The notes under the pieces are model-generated. The model did not search any database. It worked only from the letters and a program-made list of their open reading frames with translations, and had not been told where the DNA came from. Both the position numbers and the translations under genes were made by a program. From the NCBI GenBank assembly GCA_003427395.1, contig BFEA01000020.1, forward strand, positions 1,051,123 through 1,115,122: 64,000 bases of DNA, written 5' to 3'. Shown here in pieces: positions 13,825 to 27,126 of the stretch. Each line of letters starts with the position of its first letter. Within the stretch, counting starts at the first letter, position 1. Source of the DNA: Chara braunii (taxonomy: Eukaryota > Plantae > Charophyceae).

Positions 13825-16049
13825 TACCTGTTAAACAGACAATGAGTGGTCTTAGGGCCGAGACTCAAAAGAAGTTACGCAACGAGACTAAATATAAAAT
13901 ATACCCCACTAAACTTATCCTGACATTCATCATGTGAGCGCACATGAGAACCTATTCAAAACAACAGCGATACCGAAGAGAGTCTTTCAACAAATATCCA
14001 CCTAAAATAAAACATAAATTTTCACTCATAAAACCCTTAAATCATAACCCGTGCATTAACCAATTATCACTTCTACTATCAAGGAAGGATACAACTTACA
14101 TATATCACATAGGTGGATACTCCAAAATGCAGTACAACCCACGATAGATAGCATATACTTACAATAATAATTCATAGCATGATAAGCAAAAAATATTTGT
14201 TAGGGTTGTAGCTGAAAAACGCGGTATGTCTTAGAAACAATAACATGAATTTGACTCAATTGTCAGTCATGCAACAAGATAACTCTCAAAACATATTGCA
14301 AAAATTCTATAAGACAAAAATAGGACTAGCAATGAGTAAATAGCATGATACAACTGTTACTCCTTCAGCTTTAAGTGAAGCATATAATACAGAGGGGCGG
14401 TGTAATCCTCATGAGATAACATCTTGCCTCTTGAGCCCTGCTCTAAAGATCAAGCCTCATCGGAACCTTCTCTAATTCCAGCGTTTGAACCTTACTGAAC
14501 CTATCAAGCTTAGCAAGACAACCCCACTCGTAGTTATTAAGACAACAAGTGACAATCATGCACCTCTCTAAGTACGGTGGCCCTACCTAGCGAGAGTCTG
14601 GCCTAGGTCGTAACTCTAGACCCACCCTGGCTAAGCAGTAGTTGCCCTACTTTGTCATCAAGGTTTAAGTAAGGGAACAAACCATTTCCTCTTCTTTTAC
14701 ATGATAATGTAATTACTTTCTTATTCAAATGAAAGATAACATCACCCCACAATGGACCAAGAAACATAGTTCTGACATGAGTCTCACTATCATTCTCAAG
14801 ACTCATAACTGCTTCCTTAAGCCTCAACGAGGGAGTAACAATTCAAAAGTGCACTTCCACTGATAACAATTATACAAGCTGACTAACTTTCTTCAGGAAG
14901 AATCACCTTCCACAAAAACAAGTCACCCCATTCACCTCTGGTCCCATGTCATACGTAGGTTTCATGCAAAGTCTATGTCCTCTTGGAAGGCAATCCATAG
15001 ATACGTCATCAATCAAGCATAAAACAAAATTCAAGAAAAAAACACACATATGGAGACAACCAAAATAAAACTCCAACAAAATAATATACATATATACCAC
15101 ATATACTTAAAACATAGGCCTCTCTTCGGGTCAGTCAAATCTCTAGCCAGGTAATCACTACTTTTCAAGTTTTATCGGTAGGTAATGACTAAGTCATCCA
15201 CAAGCGACTTAGCTTATCGCCAACTAACACCACCAAAGAGTCCAAACACAATACTCCTCATAGTATCTATCGTATCCCAACTCAATCTTATCTCCATGAA
15301 AGATTTTTACAATTAAACCCCTCACTTCGCACTCATCAGTCACCTCCTCATCTATGTCACTCGCGTACTAGAAGTTTTCTCTAAAGTGAGGCTTTACTGA
15401 CTTAGGGAGGACGCCTCAGTTTAACTTAATTACCTCCCAAGGCAGGCTTGGCACAACAATCACGTAATGAGTCAACTAGCTTCAACGCATTAACAATTAT
15501 TAACATAGCAATGGACACACCCAACAATGTTGATACCGCCGCACTCAACCTAAGCCGCATCAGATATGCAAGGCATCGATCAATCACCTCACAAATACTT
15601 AGAATAAGAATATGCTCGCTGAAGTCGTATCTTAAATGTCAAGGTACGCAAGTGCATCACCGAAGACTTTATTTCTCAATCATTCCCCACATGCTTATAA
15701 TCATCATCATCAAGAAAACACTCAAATATTCAAGTTGTCGTTTTGCCTAGATCATCAGTCTGTCAATAACCTGGGTTCGTTCACTTAAGGACCCCGGTAG
15801 GCAGCCGAGATTCACGGCAACGGCCCCACCTGTCGCCGTTGTCGGCGGGACATCACACCCAAGTCACAATCTTATGACATCTCCAACGATAGTCAAGGTA
15901 TCATGTCATCAACTATATAAATCTAATGAAAGTTTCTCGTTTTGCCTAAATTTCAAATTACCAAAACCCGAGTGTCGTTCCACCAGGGACAACGGTAGGC
16001 AACTGTCATCCCCGACAACAGTGCCACCTTCCGAACGCACGGTCCCCGT

Positions 16050-18900
16050 AAGAGAGGGGACCTTTCCGGCCGCGTCATACAAGATTCGGCAGGACTTCGT
16101 TGTAGAGTGTTGTCGCTTCGGCCGAGTGCGTCAGCCATACCTCTCGTGAACCCCTACGACATGATAGGGTCACGAGAGGTACAACTTACCTCCACCTGCA
16201 GGAGTTGTCACCATCCCTTAGGTGGGTGTATCCCCGACGAGCTATCAGCCCACAGTACGAAAGTTTTTACATGCAATTGCAGAGGTGGACCAACCGAGGG
16301 CGTTTATTGTATGTTGTAGCATAGGGGGTATGCGAGGTCTCACACCTCTATCGAACCCGTGCGAGAACCGACGCACTGGGGGCTAAAATCCCATGCGAGG
16401 CTCGTCATCGGTCGACTAGGACGCGTCCTTCGTACCACGCGTTACACCACGTCAAAGACAAATAACCAAGTGACTCATACAAAACACTCCTAGTCCCTTC
16501 AGTATCAAACCCATGACCTTTTGATACAGAAATCGGTTAGACGTCGCGCACGAGACTTAAAATAAAACATCGAGAACGAGGACTTTCTTATACCGACTAG
16601 CCATGCATGCAAGCAGTCACAACGATGGATTACTATGTAGTACCCATAGTCACGTGGCCCTTGATAGTCTCGAGGGTCGCGTTCGACACTGAAATGTCGG
16701 TTGAAACTCGCTTTGAGGGGTTAATCTCTCGACGTTAGACAACCGTTAAGGCGGTTGAGAACCACACCCTCTTCTTCACCCTGCGGAGAGTGGGTGGTAC
16801 ACAAATTTCGACATGTGGTGGCAATCAACTCTTGTGGCCATAGAGACAAGCTCCATCATACAGGATCTCGAGAGAAGTCAAGGGGTTTGACTTTGACGGC
16901 TGCCACAGACTTCAACGTCCAACTATGAAAATTAACAAGCAAAATCACTCAGTAAAATAAATAAGCATCACATTACCCGTATATCAAATTAAAACTGGAG
17001 ATAAGATAAAGGTGGGCAGGAAGGTAATCCCATCGGATATGCAGATCGCGCGACACATGGTTGTCATTTTCACTGCCTCCAAGGTAAAACTCGTACACCT
17101 AGCTCCAAAATACCAACCTGCATAAAACATAGACACACGAGAAAGCCACATTGTCATACACCAATGTGGTCAACTTTACAGTTCTATGTAACTCACACCA
17201 CGCCTCATACACTCAGGCCCCAACCATTCTCCAATTTTTCATAGAAGTCCATCAGTTTTTTACAATGGTCATTTAAAAGAAGTTTGTTTAAAACTTTCAA
17301 AGAAACATGCCAAACCTCATGGCTAAGGCATCAAGTTGAGGTACAGGTGTAAGCAAAGTTGTGTCGTGAGCCGACGAGTCGAAGATCAACCAATCGACCT
17401 TTTATCAAAATATAACAAAAGACGATTCTCGTAGGATCGGACTGAACTAGTCAGATCTTGAATAAAAAACGGTCAAGAAAGACCTGTTCCACAACACAGG
17501 TCAAATCCCAAATACTTGAACTTTAGTGTACGGAGAATAAATCCCCATATCACATCTCACTTAAAATTTTATAAGACTAGATTTTAAATCTATATCTCAC
17601 ATGAACCTGACACGATCTCCCTTATACAGGGTGGATTGCCACAACTTCTCCTAACATAATATAATTTAGCTTTTTAAAACTAAAAAGAAATCGGTAGCGC
17701 TTCCCGCAAAAAAAAAAGATATTTTCAGAATTCATATCAGGCTAAATATAAAACTCAGGAATAACTCTAACTTCACAAAGTAAAATTTTGTCTAACTCCC
17801 TGATTTAGTAGAAGTTTGGGGAACACCTCTCCTAGTAAAGCGGACGTCCTAGATTTTAACTAAGTCAGACATAAAATTCATACAAAAGTTGAACTTTGAA
17901 AAATCAAAATTTGTTTTGTAGAAATATTGACAACGCTTATGTAGGAAAAGTAGCTTTTCAAAATCTATACAAAGCCAAGTAAAATAAATGATCCAAAAAA
18001 ATATGAGAACTCGAACTAAGTAAAATAAACGTAACTCAGAAAATGCAGGAATTGAACTCACTACTATAACTTCAGCACGTGGCGAGCACTAACGGACTAC
18101 CCTACTAAGCAGCAAAAACAGCAGAGCTTAAATAAAAGACAAGGCATTGATAGAAAACATGCCATGTCAGCAACTCATTCAACTAATTCAAAAACAAGGG
18201 TTCGTTCATTCAAACTTCCATCTTTATTTTTACCTTGATTAACAAAGACATGAGTCATGTATCTTATTTGGTTAATCTTTAACTTTCCAAATTATTTTCC
18301 GTCAAACCCCATGCAATCCTTAGCACACTAGCCTAGACTATTCTCGCAAGGAGAGGAGTTACGCCTTTGTCAACAAGCAAATCTAACTGACTTAACAAGG
18401 TGACCGAATCAGTCAAAACGACCTCATCTTCAGCCCCAGTTCAATTTCTTAGGCAAACGAGTAAGGCGACTAGATCAGTCGGGACGACCTCATCTTTCGC
18501 TTCAGTTCAATGTCTTAGGCAAACGAGCAAGGCGACCAGATCAGTCAGGACGACCTCATCTTCAACCCCAGTTTAATGTCTTAGGCAAACGAGCAAGGCG
18601 ACCGGATCAGTAAGGAGGACCTCATCTCCTGCCTCAGTTCAATGTCTTATGAAACGAGCAAGGTGACAGGATGAATCAGGAGGACCTTATCTCCATCCCC
18701 AGTTCTAATCATTGCAAGCAGACATTGTGGATTCTTACCACATACAGATGAATTAATCATGCATAGTAGATTTCTCTTCTGATTCAGTTAAAGTCTAGAA
18801 TTATACAAAAACTCAAAACTCGGTCAAACTCAATGAAGGGTGGTATAGATAGGGGTATACTGGATCCTAAAGGAAATGGTGTCGGCCTACCTCAAACTGC
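16050..18900 (-). repeat. Inverted, diverged relative of the 5.3-8.9 kb segment
   Basis: 16100-16450 is the reverse complement of ~8470-8800, 18030-18060 matches ~6480-6510, and 18835-18895 matches ~5340-5400. Confidence 0.8.
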
Positions 18901-21875
18901 AGATCAAGCGGCACTCTGACGAACTTCCAAGTTGTAAATAATAGCTATCTAAAGATATCCCAATGGTCAAGTTTCTTGACGACCCGCAGTACCTCAGTCA
19001 CACAGTACCATCAACATCCCTAACATCTTCAGTTCGGCTTGTCATGTAATCAACTCCTAAGTTTTTTTTTCCCTACTTGCTTACTCCTCTCTTTGAGGAA
19101 ACCGGTCGTCATCTCTGGCCCCAGTTCAATGTCTTAGGCAAAATAGCAAGGCGACCGGATCAGTCAAGAGGACCTCATCTCCTGGCCCTGTTCAATACCT
19201 TATGCAAACAAGCAAGGCGACCGGATGAGTCGGGAGGACCTCATCTCCAGCCCTAGTTTCAATCATCGCAAGCAGACACCGTGAATTCTTACCACAAACA
19301 GATGAATTAATCATGCATAGTAGATTTCTCTTCTGATTCAGTTAAAGTCCAGAGTTATACAAAAACTAAAAACTCAGTCAAACTGAATGAAGGGTGATAT
19401 AGATAGGGGTATACTGGATCCTAAAGGAAATGGTGTCGGCCTACCTCAAACTGTAGATCAAGCGGCACTCTAACGGACTTTCAAGTTGCAAATGATAAGC
19501 TAGCAAAAGATACCGCAGAGGTCAAGCTTCCTGACGACCCGCAACACCTCAGTCACACATTACCATCAACAACCCTAACATCTTCAATTCGGCTTGCCAG
19601 GTAATCAACTCGTCAGCTTCTCTTCCCAACTTGCTTACTCCTCTCTTTGAGGAAATCGGTCCTCATCTCCAGCCCCAGTTCAATGTCTGAGGCAACTAGC
19701 AAGGCGATCGGATCTGTCAGGAGGACCTCATCTCATGCCCCTATTCAATGTCTTATGCAAACGAGCAAGGCTACTGGATGAGTCGGGAGGATCTCATCTC
19801 CAGCCTCAGTTCCAATCATCGCAAGCAGACACCGTGGATTCTTACCACAGACAGATGAATTAATCATGCATAGTAGATTTCTCTTCTGATTCAGTTAAAG
19901 TCCAGAATTATACAAAAATTCAAAACTCAGTCAAACTCAATAAAGGGTGGTATAGATAGTGGTATACGGGATCCTAAAAGAAATGGTGCCGGCCTACCTC
20001 AAACTGCAGATCAAGCGGCACTCCGTTGACTTCCAAGTTGCAAATAATAGCTAGCAAAAGATACCCTTGTGGTCAAGCTTCCTGACGACCCTCAGCACCT
20101 CAGTCACACAGTACCATCAACATCCCTAACATCTTTAGTTCGGCTTGCAAGGTAATCGACTCATCAACTTTCTCTTCCCCACTTGCTTACCCCTCTCTTT
20201 GAGGAAACCGGTCCTCATCTCCAGCCCCAGTTCAATGTCTTAGGCAAACTAGCAAGACGACCAGATCAGTCAGGAGGACCTCATCTCCTGCCCCTGTTCA
20301 ATACCTTATGCAAACGAGCAAGGCGACCGGATGAGTCGGGAGGACCTCATCTTCAGCCCCAGTTCGAATCATCGCAAGCAGACACCGTGGATTCTTACCA
20401 CAGACAAATGAATTAATCATGCATAGTAGATTTTTCTTCTGATTCAGTTAAAGTCCAGAGTTATACAAAAACTCAAAACTCAGTCAAACTGAATGGAGGG
20501 TGGTATAGATAGGGGTATACTGGATCCTAAAGGAAATGGTGTCGGCCTACCTCAAACTGTAGATCAAGCGGCACTCTAACGGACTTCCAGGTTGCAAATG
20601 ATAAGCTAGCAAAAGATACCGTAGTGGTCAAGCGTTCTGAAGCCCCGCAACACTTCAGTTACACAGTACCATCAACATCCCTAACATCTACAGTTCGGCT
20701 TGCCAAGTAATCAACTCGTCATCTTTCTCTTCCCTACTTGCTTACTCCTCTCTTTGAGGAAACCGGTCCTCATCTCCAGCCCCAGTTCAATGTCTGAGGC
20801 AAACTAGCAAGGCGACCGAACCTGTCAAGAGGACCTCATCTCCTGCCCCTGTTCAATGTCTTATGCAAACGAGCAAGGCGACTGGATGAGTTGGGAGGAC
20901 CTCATCTCCAGCCCCAGTTCCAATCATCGCAAGCAGACACCGTGGATTCTTACCATAGACAGATGAATTAATCATGCATAGTAGATTTCTCTTCTGATTC
21001 AGTTGAAGTCCATAGTTATACAAAAATTCAAAACTCAGTCAAACTGAATGGAGGGTGGTACAGATAGGGGTATACTCGATCCTAAAGGAAATAGTGTCGG
21101 CCTACCTCAAACCGTAGATCAAGCGGCACTCTAACAGACTTTCAAGTTGCAAATGATCAGCTAGCAAAAGATACCGCAGCGGTCAAGCTTCCTGACGACC
21201 CGCAGCACCTCAGTCACACAGTACCATCAACAACCCTAACATCTTCAGTTCGGCTTGCCATGTAATCAACTCGTCAGCTTTCTCTTCCCTACTTGCTTAC
21301 TCCTCTCTTTGAGGAAACCGGTCCTCATCTCCAGCCCCAGTTCAATGTCTGAGGCAAGCTAGCAAGGCGACCGTATCTATCAGGAGGACCTCATCTCCTG
21401 CCCCTGTTCAATGTCTTATGCAAACGAGCAAGGCGACTAGATGAGTCGGGAGGACCTCATCTCCAACCCAGTTCCAATCATCGCAAGCAGACACTATGGA
21501 TTCTTACCAAAGACAGATGAATTAATCATGCATAGTAGATTTCTCTTCTGATTCAGTTAAAGTCCAGAGTTATACAAAAACTCAACACTCAGTCAAACTG
21601 AATGAAGGGTCGTATAGATAGGGGTATACTGGATCCTAAAGGAAATGGTGCCGGCCTACCTCAAACTGCAGATCAAGCGGCACTCTAACGGACTTCTAAG
21701 TTGCAAATGATAACTAGCAAAAAATACCACAATGGTCAAGCTTCCTGACGACCCGCAGCACCTAAGTCACATAGTACCATCAACATCCCTAACATCTTTA
21801 GTTTAACTGACCAGGTAATCGACTCTTCAGCTTTCCCTTCCGTACTTGCTTACTTCTCTTTTTGAGGAAACCGGT
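18400..21875. repeat. Higher-order tandem array: ~554-bp unit x6 containing 66-bp subrepeats
   Basis: Marker GATTCAGTT at 18781, 19335, 19888, 20441, 20996 and 21550. Marker ACCTCATCT at 18421, 18487, 18553 and 18619, with a variant at 18684. Confidence 0.97.
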
Positions 21876-22044
21876 TTTTACTGCAGTGTCGAGACCACTG
21901 CTCACTTCAGATGATTGCAAACAGCAGCACATGTAAGTTCGATCTTCTCTTTTTTTTCTCTCTGCCCTTAGCACATGAGTACATATGGTCGTCCACTTGG
22001 CCAGGTTCACTTAGGAGAGTGGTAAGTTTCCCGCTGAGATATGA

Positions 22045-24427
22045 ATGGGTCTAACAAATCATCTATACGGGGCAGTGGTTCAACATTTTTCACTGTGACC
22101 GCATTAAGACCCCTGTAGTCAATACACATTCGAAGTTCTCCCTCCTTCTTGGGAACAAAAAGAACATGCGCTCCAAACGGAAACAAACTGGGCCTAATTC
22201 AACCCTTCTCTAGGAGCTCATCTAACTGCTTACGCAGTTCCTCTAACTCTCTTGGGGACATTCTGTACACGACCCCCTTCGGAGTTCTCCTGCCAGGCTC
22301 TATCTCAATGCGATGCTAGATGGGCCGCGGCACTACTCCTACAAGCGGCTGAGCTAAATCGGTATACTCCTCCGGCAGCTTGGCAATGACGGGGTTCATA
22401 GGCTTCTCTTCCTTAGGCTCAGTAACAGGCCTAACATAGGCTACAAAATCCTGCTCTTCTAGTTGCTCCTTCCTCATGAATCGCGCAAAGGCGGGAGCAT
22501 TCAGACAACAATGTGTCAGGGAGTTGTCTACTCCTGACACATGGAACAGGCGAGCAGTCTTAACTTCGCCTGATGAGTTAGGGAGCTTACACTCATGCTC
22601 TCTCAAGTGAAGTGTGGCCGCTGCTGCCTCTCTCCAGTCCATTCCTAGGACTATGTCAAACGGAAGGTTGTCTTCTACGAGGAGTGTAAGGGAATGAAAG
22701 ATTCTCTCTACCTTCCCATCCTTCTCTAGGCGTAAGTATGTCTGGACTCCCTCTCCATAATCCTTGACTCGCATGGTGCGGTTGTCTACGAGGATACTGA
22801 CTATAGGGTCTTCTAATTTCTGGACCTTCAGATTTAACTTCAGCTTCTGCAGCACTTTTCTACTGATATAGCTATGGGTGGCCCCACTATCTATAAGGGT
22901 CCCTACTCCGCCTCTAAAAACTTCTACATCTATTAGTATTGGTTGTCATTTACCATCTTTCTTCATTTTATGCCAGGTCGGCATCCTCTCTTTTAGCTCC
23001 TCTGCCAAGCTTGTGAGGGAAGTGCCTAGAGAGACTCTAACACAAGCATTCTCTTGACAACTATCTAGGCACTAACCAACAACCTCTGCCATAGACACAT
23101 GTGGTTTGGGAGTTTCTATGTGGTGTGCGCATTCTTTTCCACACAGTCTAGGGGTAAGGGCAGTTGCAACCCCTACCGGCGGTTGCCTTTTGTTGCCTGC
23201 GCAGCAAACCAGGCCTCTCTGTACTTAGGGCAGTATTTAATGATATGCCCAGGATCACCACAATAGATACATTGATCCTGATTTATCCTCCTCTGCCAAA
23301 CTGTTTGCTCTAGGCTTAGATCTTTCCAGGGTCTTCCTTGCGGCAAGTCAGGGTGCCATCCACCCATCCTGGGAGGTGACCGAGTAAAACGAGAGCGGTT
23401 TTGCGGGGGATCTTGACCCCTACCTCCCGCTTGGCGGCCTCCTTTGTCACCAACCCCCTGATCACTCTATCCTCGACCACCGGAAGCCTGCCCCGTTGGC
23501 CTCGGCCTCCACCTCTCCCTTGCGGCCACCCTCCAACCACGACAACAGCGTAAGTACTCCCTGACTCACAGTACTGCCCTCCTCCTCGAGGCCCCACTCA
23601 ATCTGGTTATAAGGGACCTCCTTCATACCACCTTCATCTAAAGTAAGGATCAAATGATCCTTGGTCTTAGCCTGGTCCGAGATGGTAGTACACCCTTTCC
23701 ACTTCTTGCCCTTATCAAGATCCTTATGCCAGAAAGTGGAAACTGGCATAGACTGCGCTTCAAACGCTACCTCTTTCCTACTCCAAGTATCGTAGGTCAT
23801 GGTAGACTCCCTACTCTTCTCAAAGAAGTGTTCGCGCAAAGGTTCGGGCATAGCACGATAAGACAGGTTGACCAACTGGGTTTCAGTTAACCCATGGTCA
23901 GGGATGACGATCAGTTCATCCATGACGCCCTTGAGGGCTCTAACACTCCTTCATTGGCGAGAATGGATGGTCTGCAGTTTGTCAGAAGCTCTAACACTTC
24001 ACGTGACATCTGCAAACCGTTCACGCAATAACTTAAAGAAGTCACTCAGGGGGTGATCAGGGAATATGCAACCATATTGTTCTCGCACTTAGCAGCACGA
24101 GAAAGTGACTTAGCGAAGCTAACTGCTTCGTCTTTAAGGGCATGGAAGATCAGGAACTATCTTCTTCAGGCGTACGTAGGAGTTCAAGTTTGCCTTTCGG
24201 TTATCGAAGTTCTTCTCCTTCTTCCCATTGTAGGAATCAGGGAACTTCACCTTTACAGGCTCTCTACAGGGACGAACTTCCTCCTCCCTTAGAGCAGCAA
24301 GTTTCGTGTCTTTTATGGCGCCTGTGCAAAATCGCTCCATACTTTCTAATCTCGCATTCACCTCTAAGCCCACGTGCATCATCATTTCTCGTACGAATTT
24401 TATAGACCTCAATTTGATGAACTGCAA
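22045..24427 (-). mobile_element. Ty3/gypsy gag-protease-RT fragment, degenerate, truncated early in RT
   Basis: Gag KVKFPDSYNGK, zinc knuckle CIYCGDPGHIIKYC (ORF 23173-23367), protease LIDSGATHSYI (~22865-22900), FDIVLGMDW, and RT start [27 protein letters not shown] ending near 22045. Confidence 0.92.
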
Positions 24428-24434
24428 AGTTACA

Positions 24435-26926
24435 AAAAAGACACACTAAGAAAGTAGAAGGAAAGGGATAGATGGGGACAAGAAACAGGGAGGGAATGGG
24501 TAATGGTAGAGATAGAAGAAGAATCAAGAATGACCTATGCGACACACGTGATCAGAGAGTCAGATGGATATGAAGAGAGGTGAGATTGTCCGAGAAAGCA
24601 GCAAGTAAAAGATTTTGAGTGTCACGGAAAAACTAGAAAATTATTACAAATGGACCAGGATTTCGTCAGGAGTATTTTAGGCATTGGAGTCCGAAAAAAT
24701 AATCCGCTCATGGGTGACCAAGACGAGCTTTCATCCTAAGTCGTCAGCACGAATAATAATGAATTGAAGATGACTCACAAACAGTTCTGCAACAGTATTG
24801 CTCAAAACCGAAGCCTACCATAATGAGAGAGCATAAAAAAGACTCCTCTAACTCACAAAAATTAAGGGGAACCAAGTCATTAGCATCGCGCATATCATTA
24901 CTTCAGTCCTGAATAACAATGCAAGGAACGATTGTCATTGGCGCCATAGGATCGAAAGATCTAGTGCAGTAGTCGATGGAAACTCAAACTATAGAAATAC
25001 TAGGTCCTGGATCCTAACACCTCACCCTTTCAACAAGAGATGCCTTAAGAAAAGACGAAGTAACTCAAATCCCCAAGACATCGTAAGAGCACAAAGCCAC
25101 CGAGTTGAACTCTCAACAGGTAACGACAAATACAATTGCCATTAATTCCTAGTTAGGAAGGAAAAAGCACCATCGGCAAAGGAGTTTGGGGGAGAGCACA
25201 CCAGGACCCCATTCAGCAAACCCCGAACGAGAGCTTATTAATGTTAGGGAGGATAGAATGAGAAAATCGTAATCCGATCACCATTATTATCCCAATCACT
25301 ACCATGGTGAGGGAGAAAGACAGAAAGATAACGACGATGGCAAAGACTATCGCTAAGTGCAAGAAGCGCTGGCAGGCGACCTCAGGAGAATCATCAGGGA
25401 GACATTGAGAAGTGGGGAGGGGTATGGAAGAAATGAAATCATTACGCGCTCGGAGCAGGAGGGCAAGGAAGGAGGAGAGCAGTATGCAAGTAAGGATAGC
25501 AAAGAGAACTGAAGAGGATCGTTGGAAGGAACCCATGTTGTGTCGTTATTAAGTTGAGCACCTTCCGCGTGCGAAGAGGGGAGTGGAGGAATTCATAGAA
25601 GAGGGAGAACAGCAACAAGACCGACGATGGCCTACGGAAACGAGGAATTCAAAAAACGCCAGAGTAGCCAGTAACATGTCGAAGATCGTGAAGACTCCCA
25701 AGAAGACGGATGAATAATCCATGGCAAGCTTGATGACTAAAAACACCTACTGAAGGCGCGAATCCATCAGCAACTCCTACGCCAAACATGCACGCAACAA
25801 CACACAGCAAATGAGCGATCATCTCGTTAGACATCCATCATACATGATTGGGGGCAAGAAAAAAGCAAGTAAGAGAGGGGAGATGGAGGCAGAAGGGGGA
25901 GGGGGAAAGGAGGAGAAAGAAAGAGAAAAGAAGGAAGAGGAAAGATTCTTCCAAATCGGCCAAGCGACCCCAACGTGTCGACGAAACCAGCGAAAGGGGG
26001 TTGCCAGAACAGTCCCTAAAGATTTTTCGCCAGCGTCTGCCAAACTGGCTCATCAGGGGAGTGATACCCCTTGGTTATCGTTCTGAGATGGGAGGAGTAT
26101 GAGAGAGGAAAATAGCAAAGGAAATGAGGCAACAAGGCTAGGGAGGGGAATGGAGGAGTAAAGGGAGGAGGACGGGGGGAGGGTGGAGGGGCAAATGGAA
26201 GTGGGATTCATTACCATTGTCGCGCAGGAAGAGGAGGCTGCCGACATGTCCACTTAGGAGGAGGGGAAGGAGGAAGTCGCCAATCTTAGTGCAAATATTG
26301 CCACGTAATCCAGGAACAACCGCCCACAGAGCTGTCGACGCACAGTCGCAGGAAACCACACGAGCGCTACGAGGTAAAATCAACCAGCGCATGAAACCTC
26401 ACAAAGCGGCGGTAGGATAATACGAATAGCTGGGCGGGAATCAATGATGAATCGGCGCCGCCATTCGCATACACCCCCGGTCGCAGATGGAGAGAGGGTA
26501 ATCATACCCGGGGAGCCTAAATAAATAGTATATGGACCGGCGGAGAACTGAGCGTCGGTTGAACAAAGCAGAAAGACGACCTTGGGCCGCAAAAAAAGGG
26601 GGGAAGAGAGGGAGGAACAAAACGAAGGGGTGGAGGAGCGAGTGTAAGGGCCTAAATTTTGTTTTTTTGCGGTAAAGCATGGGGGTACATGCCCAGTTGG
26701 CTGAAGTCTTTTCAGCAGGTTGTTTTGCGACAAAGTCGGGCCTCATAAATGTTTAATTTTTTATTTACTTATTGAGAAAAATTACAGGGGAAAGGGGGGG
26801 AAAAAGGGGGGGGAGGTTAAATTCTCCTTAATATTTCGGGGTATGTACCAGTATATTAATCGGAAGGGGAATAACTGGTAAAACACCAGATGGTGGTGAT
26901 CAAGTAACCATTGTAAAGAGTGAGCA
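24435..26926 (-). repeat. Downstream direct repeat of the Penelope-like element
   Basis: Copy of 31347-33865 with a ~29-bp deletion near 24535. Bordered by (GT)n at 26927-26970 and abuts gypsy gag at ~24430. Confidence 0.9.
26005..26085 (-). ncRNA. Type I hammerhead ribozyme, second copy
   Basis: UCCC-CUGAUGA-GCCAG..CUGGC-GAA-AAAUCUUU-A-GGGA. One substitution breaks the stem III palindrome. Confidence 0.8.
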
Positions 26927-26971
<45 letters not shown>

Positions 26972-27126
26972 CCCTCCCCTGTCTCGCTGGCGAGGAGTCT
27001 AGGAGGCGGGCAACGGGTACCCGCCTCATCAGGCAAGTACCCGCCAGCCACCATCACAGTCCTGCCGGAAGGGACTGAAACGACAAGCAACAACACACAT
27101 TACGCAAACACATCTCAAATTATAAT

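Noticed and set aside
15890-15910. PBS after a possible LTR end (TGACA-TGATACC, minus strand)
   Set aside because: Match to TGGTATCAGAGC is too poor to call.
20183-20416. 22-aa repeat protein
   Set aside because: The frame is not kept across the 554-bp units and there is no ATG start.
19210-21470. Hammerheads in the tandem array (GGATGAGTC, CTGACGA)
   Set aside because: No complete CUGANGA-stem-GAAA-NUH arrangement.
27000-27045. Extra hammerhead at CTGATGA (minus strand, ~27025-27031)
   Set aside because: No GAAA follows the stem; treated as a 3' hairpin instead.
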